DNA of 64,000 bases from Eledone cirrhosa (GCA_964016885.1 OZ024745.1:50406001-50470000); one strand, 5' to 3'. Shown: positions 27,939 through 42,782, numbered from the stretch's first letter. Translations and numbers: made by a program. Notes: generated by a model from the sequence alone, not told the origin.

Positions 27939-28540
27939 AAAACATGAGAAGAAAGAAGAATACTGCATGGCTGCACATGGGTTACATATGATAAAATTAG
28001 TCCTTCGTCAGTGATTTGCCAACCATCATTGATATTTCATCGCATTAAAAATCATATACCTCAGGTTGGTGCGAGCAATAACTAAAAAAAGTTATTGGGA
28101 CCAGTAAATCGCGTAAAGCGAGGGGGACAAGTAAACAACATAGAAGGATAAAAGCAAACCAAAAGATAGGAAAATAAACAAGCAACATGGTTGTCCGGTC
28201 AGCATAAGCTGGGTGGATTTCATGAACGATCAAGATACAGACCGTCCGACGTGAGTGAGATGTGAGCAAGAAGAGAACCCACTACTAGCCAAACGGGAGG
28301 AAGTGAGAAGGGGAGAAACAGAGAGTGAGTGAGTGGAAGTGCGAGGAAGAGGTCAGTCGAGAGAAAGTGTAACTGACAGAGGGGGCGAAAGAAGGTGAGA
28401 GCAACAGAGAGAACGGGGAAGCAGTAAGAGAGAAACAGACGAACGCAGCCAGGGTAAATATATATAAAAAAACATGAGAAGAAAGAAGAATACTGCGTGG
28501 TTGCACATGGGTTACATATGATAAAATTAGTCCTTCGTCA

Positions 28541-28632
<92 letters not shown>

Positions 28633-28633
<1 letters not shown>

Positions 28634-29032
28634 TAGCAGATTTACCTGGTGTTGCCCGGGGTTTGAAATTATGCTAAGAATATACAGCTAGGAAGTAAAA
28701 GAAGAAAATTATTTGTCCCCAACCTGTCAAAATAAGCAGAAGTCTTCAATAATTAATGCAAACAAATATTTAGTGCAATCTTTGTACACATAAATCTATG
28801 CTGATAATGAAGGAAAACACTGAACATGACACTTTAGAAAAAATAATTTTGCTATCGATTTTTTATTGCTCAACGTGGGTCGACTTGAAAAGTTTTTGTG
28901 ATGTGACCATCTTAGCGACAGGTGCAACCTTCACAAAAAATTTGATCAAATTCGGTTGGGATTTGTAAAAGCCTTAGCTGTCCAAAGTTGTCCACAGACA
29001 TACACAATCCTTGCTTTTATATATATAGAAGA
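28633..29032 (-). mobile_element. Non-autonomous Helitron-like element
   Basis: Minus strand begins A|TCTTCTATATATATAAAAGC and ends with a GC hairpin (cccgggcaacaccagg) about 10 nt before CTAG|T. Confidence 0.6.
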
Positions 29033-29046
29033 TATATATATAGAGA

Positions 29047-29083
<37 letters not shown>

Positions 29084-29192
29084 TTTTGCGAGGTTTTTTA
29101 TATGAAATCGTGTGACGAAACAAATATTGTTATACTTGGGGAGGGTCATATTTGGGTAATATTGCCAGAATTAATAACAGAACACTATCCGT

Positions 29193-32100
29193 ATGACTGA
29201 TGTAAAACTACCGGAAGAATTTACCAATGACCACACAGTAAATATTTATGGGAACACTGTAATTAGTGAACAAGAACAACAAATCCTGCGGCTACCACCA
29301 AAATTTGCCATCTACAAAAAGATTAACCCTATGGAGTGCAAAACGGAGATGGAAAAGTGTTTCACAAAAATACGTTGGAATGCAAAGGTAAACAACAACA
29401 ACAACAACAACAACAATAATAACGGTAGTAGTAATATAAACAATAACTCTGAGTACAGAAATAACAGCCATGACAATAACAATAGCAGGAAAGTGAGAAA
29501 TAGTAATAATGGTAATAATACTAACGATAGACAGAACAACAACAACAACCACAATAATAATAATAATAATAATAGAAACATTAACCACAGACACAGCAGC
29601 AGCGACCACAGTAGTAATAACGGTAACAATACGAACAACAACAACAACAATAACCACAGTGGTAATAATGGAAATAATACATGTAGCAACATCAATGATA
29701 GACACAACAAAAACAAGAAACATAATAAAAGTAACAACCACAATGGTAGAAATAACAGTAACAACAACAACAATAACGGTGAAGTAAACAACAATACATC
29801 TAGCAATCATAACAATAATAATAATGCTAATGATAGAAACAACAACCACCATGATAACAATAATAGCAACACACACAACTATGACGATAGATATAATGAC
29901 AACCCCTTAGAGAAACTATTTTTCAACCCAGCTGACAAAACATATAAGATGGGTAATATCTATCCTACGAGGTTACCCTTTAATAAAAGAGTGTGCATAC
30001 CACAACAAATAGATGACGAGACAGAGGCACAGTTCACCATAGCTAGAAATAAGATTAGAAAAATAGTAGACAGGTATACTAAGAGACAGAGCAGACCAGA
30101 GGCCCAACAACTTGGGAGGAAACCTGTAGAAGGCTTGGTTAGCCTCAAGCAGCGCACAAGGGATGGTGAGGTAGTATGTCTATCCACAGATAAGTCTGGT
30201 AGGATGTCAATAGATAGCATGCCGAACTACATCAAGGCTATGCAACCCCACATCACCAACACGAGCGAAATTGCACAACAAACACACGATGGGAGAGAGA
30301 AAATCCTCAACGCTCACATGATGATGTGGACTGACATCCTAAAGCCGAGCAGACGCACTGCCAACAACTTCCAGGCGTCTAACAATGGCATACCACCCTT
30401 GTATGGGCTCCGCAAAGACCACAAGATAGTCGACGACCCGACAACAGGACCACCAACAAGACCCGTATGCGGAGCTAATATAGCTAGCAACTACAGGATC
30501 TCCTACTTCCTCTCAATGGTTATACGCCCCATAATCAAGATGTCCCCAGATGTATGTGACAGTACAGAGGACCTCCTCGGCAGAATCAGTGAATGCAACA
30601 AAAACAGGAACCTATCCAGCTGCATAATAGGCAGCATGGATGTGGTGTCATTGTACCCATCCATTAACATTGATTTTGCTGGGAAAAGATGTGTGGAGAT
30701 GATCATTGAGAGTGAGGTGGAGTTCTGCGACGTCGACACAGACGAACTGGGCCTACTACTTAGACTTACCTACGACACTGACTACCTAGACAGCCATGAC
30801 CTTAGATGTTTCTGCCCTAGTAGACCTATAAGAGGTAGAACCCCACCATAACCTCTATGGCAAAAAAGACTCCCATGGGAAGGTGGATTGGGTGGACCAA
30901 AGATATACGGACCCCCCAAAACAATGATCAGGTAAGAAAAATGGTCGCACATGCAATAGGGGCTAGTATCAAAACTACCCTAAAGGGCCACATATTTAAG
31001 TTTAACGAGAAGATCTACACCCAAAATGAGGGAGCAACCATCGGCGTCAGCATAGCTGGTGATGTTGCCAACCTTTTCATGGTATGGTGGGAAAGGAGAC
31101 TTAAAGATCTCCTTAATGAGAGCTCCATAGACCTCATCATGTACTCTCGTTATGTAGACGATATCAATATAGTTATAAGAACACCCCCACTAGAGAGCAC
31201 TAACAAGTTTGAATTAGAACGTAGCACGATGGAAAGCATCTAGCAGATAGCTAATTCCATACACCAGACTATAACTGTAACTATCGACTTCCCTTCCAAA
31301 CACCCTAACAGTAGACTACCTGTATTAGACACAGAACTCTGGATTAACACTACAGACGAAAGAGCCCAAATTCTCCACTCACACTATGCTAAACCCATGG
31401 CCTCCAAATACCTGATACTCAAAAACTCAGCAATGTCCAGTAGTGCTAAGTTTAATATTCTGATCGCAGATTTGGTACGGGTGATGAAGAATGTGTCCCG
31501 CATGTGCGACCCAACAGAAATGGAAAGACACATCCAACACTTCATCAATCGCATACAGTTCTCTGGCTACAACCAAAGAGACAGAGTCAGAGTATACGAA
31601 GGAGCCATGGAGAAGTATAAGACCCTCATAGAACTGGATATGAAAGGAATTTGCCCATTATACAGGAGCAAATCATGGAATAGTTTAGATAGGGAAAGCC
31701 ACCTCATGGTACGACAACCAGAGATACCAGAGTGTCATGTTTGTGGACGCTACCCCTGGAGGGAAATTAGCTAACCAGTGTAGAAAGGCCCCGAGAAAGA
31801 CCCACCTAAAAATAAAGGTTGTTAGAAAAGCCAGGAACCACCATAAAATCCCTGATCAGCAAAACCTACCCTTTTAAGAAAACCCACTGTACCAATAGGA
31901 AATGTATCATATGTAAGGTGAACCCCCGGATAAACTGTAAAACTAGAAACGTCGTCTATAGCATAAGATGTACAGAGGGTACCTGCAGAAACATGACAAC
32001 AACATACATAGGTGAGACAGCTCGTAGCATAGGTGAAAGGGTAGACCAACACTGGGGGGAACTAAAAGGACGAAAAAACAGGTCAGTACTATACGAACAT

Positions 32101-32292
32101 GCTAGACAACAACATGACGGTAACATAGACAACATAGAAATTAGAATAATATCTAAACATAGAAATGACCCAGCAGAGAGGCAAATCAGAGAGGCCAGTG
32201 AAATAGAAATTAGAAGACCAAGGCTAAACAGAAAGAATGAATGGAATAACAACAACACCCAAACAAACAACACTGACCTAAGAGAAGTATAA
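29193..32292 (+). pseudogene. Penelope-like RT-GIY-YIG polyprotein, disrupted
   Basis: Motifs TDKSG, LYGLRKDHK, TRPV, SMDVVSLYPSI, YTQNEGATIG and YSRYVDDI, a linker C-x4-C-x2-C, and EN NVVYSIRC...YIGETARSIGERVDQH. Frameshifts at ~30840 and ~31700 and an in-frame TAG at 31241. Confidence 0.9.
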
Positions 32293-32539
32293 ATAAGTAA
32301 ATAAAATAAAATAAATAAATAAATAAATAAATAAATACATACACAAGCACAATAACAACAAGCACATAAACACACACTAGTCACCCATCACACAGCAAAC
32401 AAAACACTATACACACACGCAAACGCATGCGCAAAGAAGACAAAATAAAATAAACAAACAAGCAAATAAATAAATAAATATATAGACAGACTGAATAAAA
32501 ATGGCGTAGACATACAATACAACAGGAGGATAATATAAC

Positions 32540-32581
32540 ACCACTGACGATGTTGCAGATGTGCAACGAAAGATTTATGAT
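32540..32581 (+). ncRNA. Minimal type I hammerhead ribozyme in the Penelope pLTR
   Basis: acca-CTGACGA-t-gttgca-gatg-tgcaac-GAAA-gatt-TA-tgat. Stem II is a perfect 6 bp and stem I is weak. Confidence 0.7.
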
Positions 32582-32777
32582 AAACTATATATATGTGTTT
32601 GTGTCTATATTGTATCTGTATTATTTTTGACCGTCGGTCAGTCAATGGCAACATTGAGGACCGAGTAAGTTATATTACCGATATAAAAGACAGCGAGAAT
32701 CGAAAACCAACCAAACAGTGAGTGTGTTCTGTTATTAATTCTGGCAATATTACACAAATATGACCCTCCCCAAGTAT

Positions 32778-32869
<92 letters not shown>

Positions 32870-33104
32870 GATAAATATTACAAAACAAACACAGAGACGC
32901 AAAAATAGAAAGTCTTATTAGGTTCACGCTTAGAGGACGGTTCTACGTTTCGGACGGAATGTTCGGATAGGGAGAGAACAGGTAGGTACATGAAAATTGT
33001 GTGTGAAAGTTAGGAAAAAAGGTGTTAGGAATGGTGGGCGAGGAGGCTCGAGGTTGGGGTCAGAGGAATACCCTCTAAGGGGAGAAAGAGAGGGAGGGAA
33101 TATA

Positions 33105-34399
33105 CAGGGTGACTAAAAGAACTGGCTTCGCGCATATTTTTCGTGACTGTATATTTATTTTCTAACCAATCAATCTTAAATTTCAGAACATGGCAGATAC
33201 AACGTCCGAGAAGATAAGAAGATCCTAACACTACTATAAATGTGGCTCGTACAAGCAGGTCCAGGAGAAATTTCATGCATCTTTTGAAACAAACTAATCT
33301 CCTTTCAAAGTCAATATACAAAACTGGGTGAAGTAGTTTGAGACCTATGAGACAGTGGGTAGAGAACCTCAATACTATGTCTGAGGGCCGTCCTATCCAC
33401 TTTGGACGACACAGGAAGCGTACATAGGAAGAGCCAAAAATTATCGCTGCACAGAAGCCAATCCTTGGGTTTCTCCACAGAATCTTGCAGAAGAGTAATC
33501 AAATACGATCTTAAGAAGTACTCCTACAGATAACAGACTAAACAAAAGATTACTGTAGCTAAGACCAAGAGAAAGGCTATGGCTGAGAAAATGCTTGAGA
33601 AGATAGAAAACAACCCCAATTTTCTGAATCTGATTCGTACCTCTGACGAAGCCCATTTTCACATTAAAGAGGAAGATCAACTCTAAGGAAAATGTGGGTT
33701 GGGGGGTCAGAGAAGTCCACTGAAATTACTGTGAAGCCTCTCGACTCAGTTAAACGTACCGTCTGGGCTGTCATTTCTGAGAGAGTGTTGATTGGCTCAT
33801 TCTTCTTCGAAGAAAATGGTGTCACTGCTACAGTCACAAAGGAACACTACACTATGTGGAGATCCTGAACTTTCAGAAGGAAATGCAGCCCATGTATCCA
33901 TCTCTAATGAATAAGTTCAGGCTCATGCAAGACGGTGCAAGCTCTCACATCTTCAAAGAGTCGCGAGAATGGCCGAAAAATAACTTTGGAAATCGTATGA
34001 TCAGTTTGAAAACTGATAGTGAGTGGGCCCCACAGCCCTGATTTAACCCCCTCCCCCCACACACCTAAATCCCTTTCTTTGAGGTTATCTGAAGGATAGG
34101 GTATATATCAATAAAGCCAGGACCATCACTTAACTAAAGAAAACACCAGGGAGGATATCAGAGCCATCCCCAAATCTTTTTGTAAAGACGTTATGGTAAA
34201 CTTTGCGTCTCAAACAAAGCATGGATTCAAATTGGGATCACTTGGAACAAGAGCTGTAACTGTGAACAAAAACATCAGAAGATGGTGAATTGATTTTAAT
34301 GGTTTGAACCAAACATATTCGGAGTTTCATCAGTTTTTGTCAAAAATAGATAATATAGACAAAAATAAAAATGGGGCCACTTTTTTTTTAGTAATCCTG
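33105..34399 (+). mobile_element. Decayed full-length Tc1/mariner-superfamily DNA transposon (~1.3 kb; DD37D/DD41D-like)
   Basis: TA-cagggtgactaaaa ... ttttagtaatcctg-TA imperfect TIRs. Transposase remnants SDEAHF, VWAVISE..LIGSFFFEE, MQDGASSH, WAPQ.PDL and GYLKDRVY. Confidence 0.8.
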
Positions 34400-34459
34400 T
34401 ATATAAAAGATATATATTCAGTATATCTATATATCATTATAATCAATTTATGTCAGCTT

Positions 34460-35660
34460 TTCCAGTACAACTTGCCTCCACACGTTGTGTTCCTTTGCCA
34501 TCTCTGTGATGCTCAATGACTTAAGATCAGCTCTCGTCATCTCTAGGTCTTCCTTGATATTTCTCAAATGCAGCTTCCTTCCACTGAGATTTTTTTACAC
34601 TTCTTCACACAACGACCATCATCTATATACATCACGTGTCCATATCAGCACAGTCTACTCTTTTACACACTACATCTGATACCCAGTTTTTCTCTCAACT
34701 TATCCATACTTCGTTGTTCATCCACATTAACATCGCAAATACATCAATACATGCTCGCTACATTTCTTTCCAATCTTTTTACATTCTCAGCCCATGTCCC
34801 ACTAACATGCAGCATTGCACATCATACACACGCCTTATACAGCCAGCCCTTTTGTTGTCAACAGGGGGTAGTAGCTCGCTGAACGTCTTTCCATCAAGAT
34901 GATATTCTAGTTAAATGCTCTCAGAGGAACCTTTCCCACTGCTAATTAATTAGACCACGTAGGTAACAGAAACTATCAACTACTCCTGCATTAGAAAAGA
35001 TTTATTTCGTTGGTACACTTATTACCAACGATCCCAGTACATCTGCTACATATGAAGTCAAACTTTTCTCTTAGTCTGCCTGCTTACCCAATACACCTTT
35101 AGTGTACCTATGATTTACATTGTGTACATTGTATAGAGTTTCTACCTACTCCTTTTCTACATATCAAGCACAGCTACTTCCCTGACGGGATCGTAGTCCT
35201 GTGGTTTTTCCTACTTACTAAAATCTTGGTTTTTGTTGTTAACTCCTTTCGATTCTGAGTTCTGATTCCAGAACAGGAATTTCTTCTCTAAATTTTCCAA
35301 TGCTTGGAAAACTGTAATAAACAGGATTGTGCTGCGAACTGGAGCCCAATGAACACTTACTTGCACACTGAATTCCTCACTAAACTAATTACCCACTCTC
35401 ACTTTACTGATAGCACCTCTGTAGACGGTTTGCACTGCTCTTACAACCCACTTTTCTAGACCTAGTTTCCTTAAGGATCATAGTACACTATTCAGATCAA
35501 CGAAAGCTAGATATAGTAGCTTACACTTAGTTAGGAACTTCTCTTGTAGTTTGTCTTACTAAGAAGATAGTATCTGTGGTACAAAATTAAACAGAATTTC
35601 GTTTAATTTTTCCTTAATTAATTGTGCTAAACCTTTTTTCTGCCACTTTCATTACAATTG
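34460..35660 (-). mobile_element. Degenerate RTE-type LINE RT/C-terminal remnant
   Basis: Minus-strand fragments such as SLRKLGLEKWVVRAVQTVYRGAISKVRVGN.FSEEFSVQVSVH and LYKACV resemble RTE RT. Many stops and frameshifts. Confidence 0.65.
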
Positions 35661-36587
35661 AGGGAAACCAAATATTAAATCCGAAAGTAGGAAATCATCA
35701 TCATCATCATCGTTTAACGTCCATCTTCCACGCTAGCATGGGTTAGACGGTTTAGCGTGAAATATGAAACGAAAATCAAAAGAAGGACTAAATATGTTAG
35801 ATTGCTAAAAGGTCATCTGTAAAAATGTGAAACATACAAACACCAAAACACATTAATATTGGAAACCGTAAAAAAATTATTGAAGTGTTATGTATGGTTC
35901 ACACTGCTATATGGAGCTGAAAGATGGACATTACATAAATGTGTCATGAAATAATTTAGAAATCTGTTAGGACAGAGCGTAAACACGGCAAAGACTTATA
36001 AACGGTTGTTGATGTAAAATATTGTCTGGGTCGGCCAAAGAAGAAAGAAATTATCAAATTGGTTAAAGGTCTTTCAGATGTGGGTGTTTGATACTATCAT
36101 GAACAAAACATACAACCAATGACGAATTATTTAAAATGAAAAAGACATACGAAAATATTATTTTATGACACTATGTGTGACAAGGCTGACAATTTGAATT
36201 AATACTGTTTTCATTTATTCGGTTTGCTTCACAAGAAATGATTTGACGCGAGAATACGGTAAATGACACTTGCCGAAAATGCCGCGCAGAGAGATCAAAC
36301 CCGGAACCGCACACACACACACACATATGTGTGTGTGTGTGTGTGTGTGACAGCTCGCACCTATGCAGGTTCAGCTGGCCTCCTCCAAGGTATATCTCGT
36401 TGGAGGTGTCTCGGGTGATTTAATGATAGGGGCCCCAGTCCTATCATCTCATTTCTACAGCTGAGTAAACTGAAGCAACGTGAAATAAAGTGTCTTGCTC
36501 AAGGAAACAACACATCACCCGGTCCGAGAGTTGAACTCACAACCTTTCGATTGCAAGCCTAATGCTGTAACCACTAAGCCATGCGCC

Positions 36588-36631
<44 letters not shown>

Positions 36632-36882
36632 ACAAATTAAGATGATAGAGTAGATTTTTTTAATCATTTTCCTTACAAATGTTTCAATACAAGTTATTCA
36701 ACTACTGCTTATGTTATAATAATATACCAAAAAACAAGGTGGGGATATATTCAGTATAACAAGGCATTATTTAATAGTGTACATCTTCAGAAGCAATATA
36801 AATGATTATACAATGACCTGGTAATCAGCAAGCCACAAAAGAAAAAGATTGTTGTTCTATCGGAGGAATACATATTTATATA

Positions 36883-36959
<77 letters not shown>

Positions 36960-36978
36960 GTGTGTGTATGTGTGTGTT

Positions 36979-37037
<59 letters not shown>

Positions 37038-37096
37038 TCATATATACATATATATAAACCAACTTCTATTCCAAACCACCAAGGAAGAGAGAGAGA

Positions 37097-37160
<64 letters not shown>

Positions 37161-37391
37161 ATGTGAACTCTTTTATATGTATGTAAACTATGTCCTCTTC
37201 TTAATATACACCCTAACTTTATTATAGACTTTTAATCATAGTTCCTGTAGCATGAAGAAGCCTAAACAACTATTAGCTGAAACCGGTACAATAAATTACT
37301 TTGTTTTTAAAAATAAATGTTTTGTTGTTATTCTATGAGAAAATCGAATTAGCATTTTTTACTGTTTTTCTTATTTTCCGAATATACACAA

Positions 37392-37518
<127 letters not shown>

Positions 37519-37622
37519 CATATATATGTACATATATATATATATAGATGGCGTAGCACAGAACAAAGGAGAGGCACAAAAACAAAGAAAAGAATCCCCC
37601 AAAACAAAGAAAAGAATCCCCA

Positions 37623-37665
37623 GTCACTGAAGAGGGCACAGAATGTGTGACGAAAGAACTTTGAC
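37623..37665 (+). ncRNA. Minimal hammerhead ribozyme motif
   Basis: gtca-CTGAAGA-gggcaca-gaa-tgtgtgac-GAAA-gaac-TT-tgac. Confidence 0.65.
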
Positions 37666-37808
37666 AATATATAAACAATCATCTGGTTGTGGAACCAACC
37701 AACCAACCGGAAATTTATAAATTCCTAAATTTATAAATTTATTATAATAAATTGAAGTGAAAGCAACTGGTGCGTGTGTTTCTTATTGGCAACATGACCC
37801 TCCCAATG

Positions 37809-37861
<53 letters not shown>

Positions 37862-37870
37862 ATGTAGAAA

Positions 37871-37920
37871 AGCTTCTACAGGACTAGACTGTTTCATTCG
37901 TGAGAAATCATCAGGAAGCT
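37871..37920 (-). ncRNA. Canonical type I hammerhead ribozyme motif
   Basis: Minus strand: agcttc-CTGATGA-tttctcacgaat-GAAA-cag-tctagtc-ctg-TA-gaagct. Stem I is a perfect 6 bp and stem III is paired. Confidence 0.75.
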
Positions 37921-38245
37921 GACTGTCCAAGTAAATATGGTGGTATTTATATGTTTTCTGGTAGTAGGAGAGGGTTGGGATTGGGATGGGTGGAGGTCAT
38001 TGGTTGATGGGTTTAAAGAAAAGGGAATTCTTTAAAAGCTAATTCTTTAAAAGCTATATTTAGAGTAACAAAGGCAGAAAGAATTCTATAAACAAGTTCA
38101 AATTGGAGTGCTACTCCTTATTTTTAAGGTTCTCTTAAGCTAACAATGCTTATATTTCAGGTGTCTACAAGCACATTCACACACACATATTTATATAAAA
38201 AGCCCTTACTCCCACACACTCGCAAAAACACACAGTCTATACCCA

Positions 38246-38284
<39 letters not shown>

Positions 38285-38352
38285 ATATTAAATAAATTAT
38301 ATATATACATATATATACACACATACATACACATATACATACATATATATAT

Positions 38353-38519
<167 letters not shown>

Positions 38520-38724
38520 TGTTTATACACATAAATATACATATGTACGTATGTTACAGTCGAGGAAGAGGAAATAGAATATTAGACAAATTTAATCTTT
38601 TAATTCTTTGTTTACGTAAACAAATCTTGTGGTTTTGTTGTATCTGTTGTTTGCCTAAATCTTCTCTAGTTTGTGGACAGAAGCTGCTTACTATACATAC
38701 ATATACATATATATACATATACAC

Positions 38725-38761
<37 letters not shown>

Positions 38762-38986
38762 ATATAGTGAAAAATGGAACGGGAACACAACAGAGAGGCA
38801 GTACGAACAAAGGTTTATTAGTTTTACGCTCTTGAGAGTGGTATATATATGAGTGTATATATGTGTATATACATACATACATACATACATATATATATAT
38901 AACCAACATATACTCAAAATATATATATATATATACACACACACATATATATATATACATGTGTATATATATATACACACACACAC

Positions 38987-39041
<55 letters not shown>

Positions 39042-39284
39042 TGTAGACATCGATAAAGCATCTGACAGTTTACTATGCAACATTAACAGGTGTTTCGAGC
39101 ATTGACCCCCTGTAATGTATGGAGAAAGAGAGGGGGAAGATGAAGGGAAATAGTGAAGGTAAAAGAGACAGGGAGGGTGAGAAAGAGAGTGCGTGCATGT
39201 TTCTCTGTATATGTGTAGGGAAGGATTCCTTGCAACTCATAAGACACCTGCCACATACCAACACACACAAGTTGCGTACGCGCG

Positions 39285-39348
<64 letters not shown>

Positions 39349-39885
39349 TACACATACACACAGGCACTCACAAGTTTACATACACACACACACACATATT
39401 GCAGGTGCAACTATGAGCATCAGTTCTCTTCATCTTACAAATGATGATAGTTTCTGATTTAGCCACAATGCCAACAATTTGCGGGAGAGGAAAATCGATT
39501 AAATCGACCCCCAGTGCGTTACTGGTACTTTATTATATCGACCCCGCAAGGATGAAAAGCAAAGCTAACCTCACCAAGACTTGCACTCAAAACGTAAAGG
39601 AGCGTAACAATATACCGCAAAGCATATTGTCCGCCGCTCTCCCGATACTGCCAATCCACCGCCCTAACATATATTAGTAACCAACAATTTTTTAGTAAGA
39701 AGTAGTCAACTAAATTGGCCCCAGTAGTGGACTGGTAATTTATCAACCCTAGAAGGATGTGAGATAAATTTGACTCAGAAACGTAAAGAGCTGTTAGAAA
39801 TACTTCAAAGCATTCCTTCCGACTCTAGCACTTCTGCCAACTCGCCACCCTCACTAACAATATCCTAATGGTTATCAATTAGGAA

Positions 39886-40150
39886 GTGGAGGCGCGTAGC
39901 CTAGTGGTAAGGGTGTTGGACTTACAATCGTAAAGTTTATGGGTTCGATTCTTGGGCTGGGTTGCGTGTTGTATTCTTGAGCAAAACACTTCATTTCACG
40001 TTGCCCCAGTATAGTCAGCTGAAAATGAGTACCAGCAATAGATGGAGGTTTAACACTGCGATGGACTGGCGTCCTTTCCTGGAGGAAGTATTGTACTCGC
40101 AGTCGCTTCACGCCATGAAACCGGGATTAGCACCAGTCTAACAAGCCTTC
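39886..40150 (+). mobile_element. Second tRNA-derived SINE family (other copies at ~9960-10080, 11560-11705, 26215-26350, 36455-36590, 41640-41780, 47265-47350 -, 48767-49060 +)
   Basis: A box tagcctagtgg, B box gggttcgattc, then ttcttgagcaaaacacttcatttcacgttgc.ccagt. Confidence 0.7.
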
Positions 40151-40705
40151 TGACTTAAGACAGTCTTTAGATCATCAATTAGGAGAAACAGTCGATTAAA
40201 TCGACCCCAGTATTTAACTAGTATTTTATTTATCAAGTCTGGAAAGATGACTTTCGTAGGATTTAAACGTAGAACGTAAAGGGCCATAACCAAATGCTAC
40301 ACAGCACTTTGGCCGACACGAACAATTCCGCTAATCCACCACCCTAATAATTATTTCTTTTTTTTTCTTAGGGAGGGAAAAATCAATTATATCGACTTCA
40401 GCATATGACTGGTACTTATTCGGAAGAATAAAAGGCAAAGCTGACTTCGTTGTTATTTGAACTCTAAATATTATCTCTTCCCCTTGCACACAATTATCTC
40501 CAGGATATTGAAAGGTGAAATGTGACACAAGTACAACAACAAGAAGGGATATAATAAGAATATCAATTATTAGCTTGACGTATTGAAAATGTGAAAAGTG
40601 TTATGGTTGACGTTTCGGGCTGCGTCCTTTTTTCATAATACAGAGTGAGAATGACGAGGGAAATAAAGAGCTTCGCGCGAATAGCCCCTGTGTATGTATG
40701 TATGC

Positions 40706-40810
<105 letters not shown>

Positions 40811-40964
40811 CGTGCGTGTAACCCTGTGAGTATAAACATTCGGTTGATTTATGAAGCAATGGAAAATTTGAAAATACAATAATATTTGATCGCCACAAAT
40901 AATAGTTGAAAAAGGTTGTGTAAAGTACCCTTGGAGATGAAAAATAGGAGACAGAGACGCTTGC

Positions 40965-41386
40965 AATATATATATATATATATATATGTAGGAGGTGAGT
41001 TTTATTGTAGTACAATAAAGCAATGCAGATATCGGATAAGAAGCACTCTACAGTTTGTAGGACTGGAGTATACATAATATATAAGATCAAAAGATCGGTG
41101 AAATGAGTTCCATGTATTTTATTATGCGCATTTCAAAAACAAACATCATCATGCAATAATATTTGTGTTTTCATCAGATAAAACAGGAGAACATGATATG
41201 AAGGCTAAAAAACACTTGTGGATAGTGAATGTTGATTTAAAACTGCACTATCCACAAGTGTTTTTTAGCCTTCATATCATGTTCTCCTGTTTTATCTGAT
41301 GAAAACACAAATATTATTGCATGATGATGTTTGTTTTTGAAATGCGCATAATAAAATACATGGAACTCCGTTAACCATCTTTTGAT

Positions 41387-41390
<4 letters not shown>
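40965..41390. mobile_element. Non-autonomous Penelope-pLTR-like palindromic module in (TA)n
   Basis: Inverted arms at ~41080-41227 and ~41245-41390, each with a hammerhead. A near-identical copy in opposite orientation is at 53955-54372. Confidence 0.7.
41290..41356 (+). ncRNA. Minimal hammerhead ribozyme (inverted partner at 41117-41183 on the minus strand)
   Basis: ttttat-CTGATGA-aaaca...tgttttt-GAAA-tgcgca-TA-ataaaa. The palindromic stem III is typical of dimerising PLE hammerheads. Confidence 0.75.
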
Positions 41391-41445
<55 letters not shown>

Positions 41446-41776
41446 TCATCATCATTTTTACGTCCGATATTCCCTGCTTGCAAGGGTGGGACGCGAACTG
41501 ATTCTGGTTCGATTTCTACAGCTGGATGCCCTTCCTAACACCAACCTCATTTACAGTGAGTGCTGGGTGTTTTTATGCCGTGGCACCTCCACGACCACTC
41601 TACAGTGGAATGATAGGGACCCCAGTCCCTATCATCTCATTTCTACAGCTGAGTAAACTGGAGCAATGTGAAATAAAGTGTCTTGCTCAAGGAAACAACA
41701 CATCACCCGGTCTGAGAATTAAACTCACAACCTTTCGATTGCAAGGCCAATGCTCTAACCACTAAGACATGTGCCT

Positions 41777-41841
<65 letters not shown>

Positions 41842-41930
41842 TACATACATACATATATATATGTATTATAATTATATATTAATTAAAGGTTAATTAGTTT
41901 CTAATACTTAAACATCTGAATGAGAGGAAT

Positions 41931-41990
<60 letters not shown>

Positions 41991-42093
41991 ATTCCTCTCA
42001 TATATAAACTGGTTTTACTAGACATAATACGGAAACTCAATACTGCCTTTTACATCGTCTATTTTATACCTATTTCGCATTCTGTGTTCTCAT

Positions 42094-42190
<97 letters not shown>

Positions 42191-42294
42191 GCGTGTGTGT
42201 GCGTGTGCGTCGTACATTGATCTATCTATCGAGCTATAACAGAGGGAGAGAAAAAGAGATAGGAAGAGAGTGAGAGAATGAGAAATTACAAGGA

Positions 42295-42486
42295 AGGAGA
42301 GAGAGAGAGAGATGAGAATGCAAGGGGAAGAGAGAGAGAGATGACAATGCAAGGGGAAGAGAGAGAGAGAAAGATGACAATGCAAGGGGAAGAGAGAGAG
42401 AGAGAGAGATGAGAATGCAAGGGGAAGAGAGAGAGAGATGACAATGCAAGGGGAAGAGAGAGAGAGAGAGAGATGACAATGCAAGG

Positions 42487-42540
<54 letters not shown>

Positions 42541-42706
42541 TGACAATGCAAGGGGAAGAGAGAGAGAGAGAGAGATGAGAATGCAAGGGGAAGAGAGAGA
42601 GAGATGACAATGCAAGGGGAAGAGAGAGAGAGAGAGATGAGAATGCAAGGGGAAGAGAGAGAGATGAGAATGCAAGGGGAAGAGAGAGAGAGATGACAAT
42701 GCAAGG

Positions 42707-42782
<76 letters not shown>

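Larger units (their letters stand above)
29082..32783 (+). mobile_element. Penelope-like retroelement, near full length, with inverted terminal segment, inserted in (TA)n
   Basis: RT plus C-terminal GIY-YIG coding region. 29124-29186 is the reverse complement of ~32722-32783. (TA)n lies on both flanks and there is a hammerhead motif in the 3' pLTR. Confidence 0.9.

Noticed and set aside
30849-31243. Stop-codon recoding (selenocysteine) in the Penelope ORF, as reported for some Naiad elements
   Set aside because: The interruptions are a frameshift-derived TAA and an in-frame TAG, not TGA, so ordinary decay explains them.
39886-39962. tRNA gene
   Set aside because: It has A/B boxes but no complete cloverleaf, and it continues into a body shared by many dispersed copies, so it is a SINE head.
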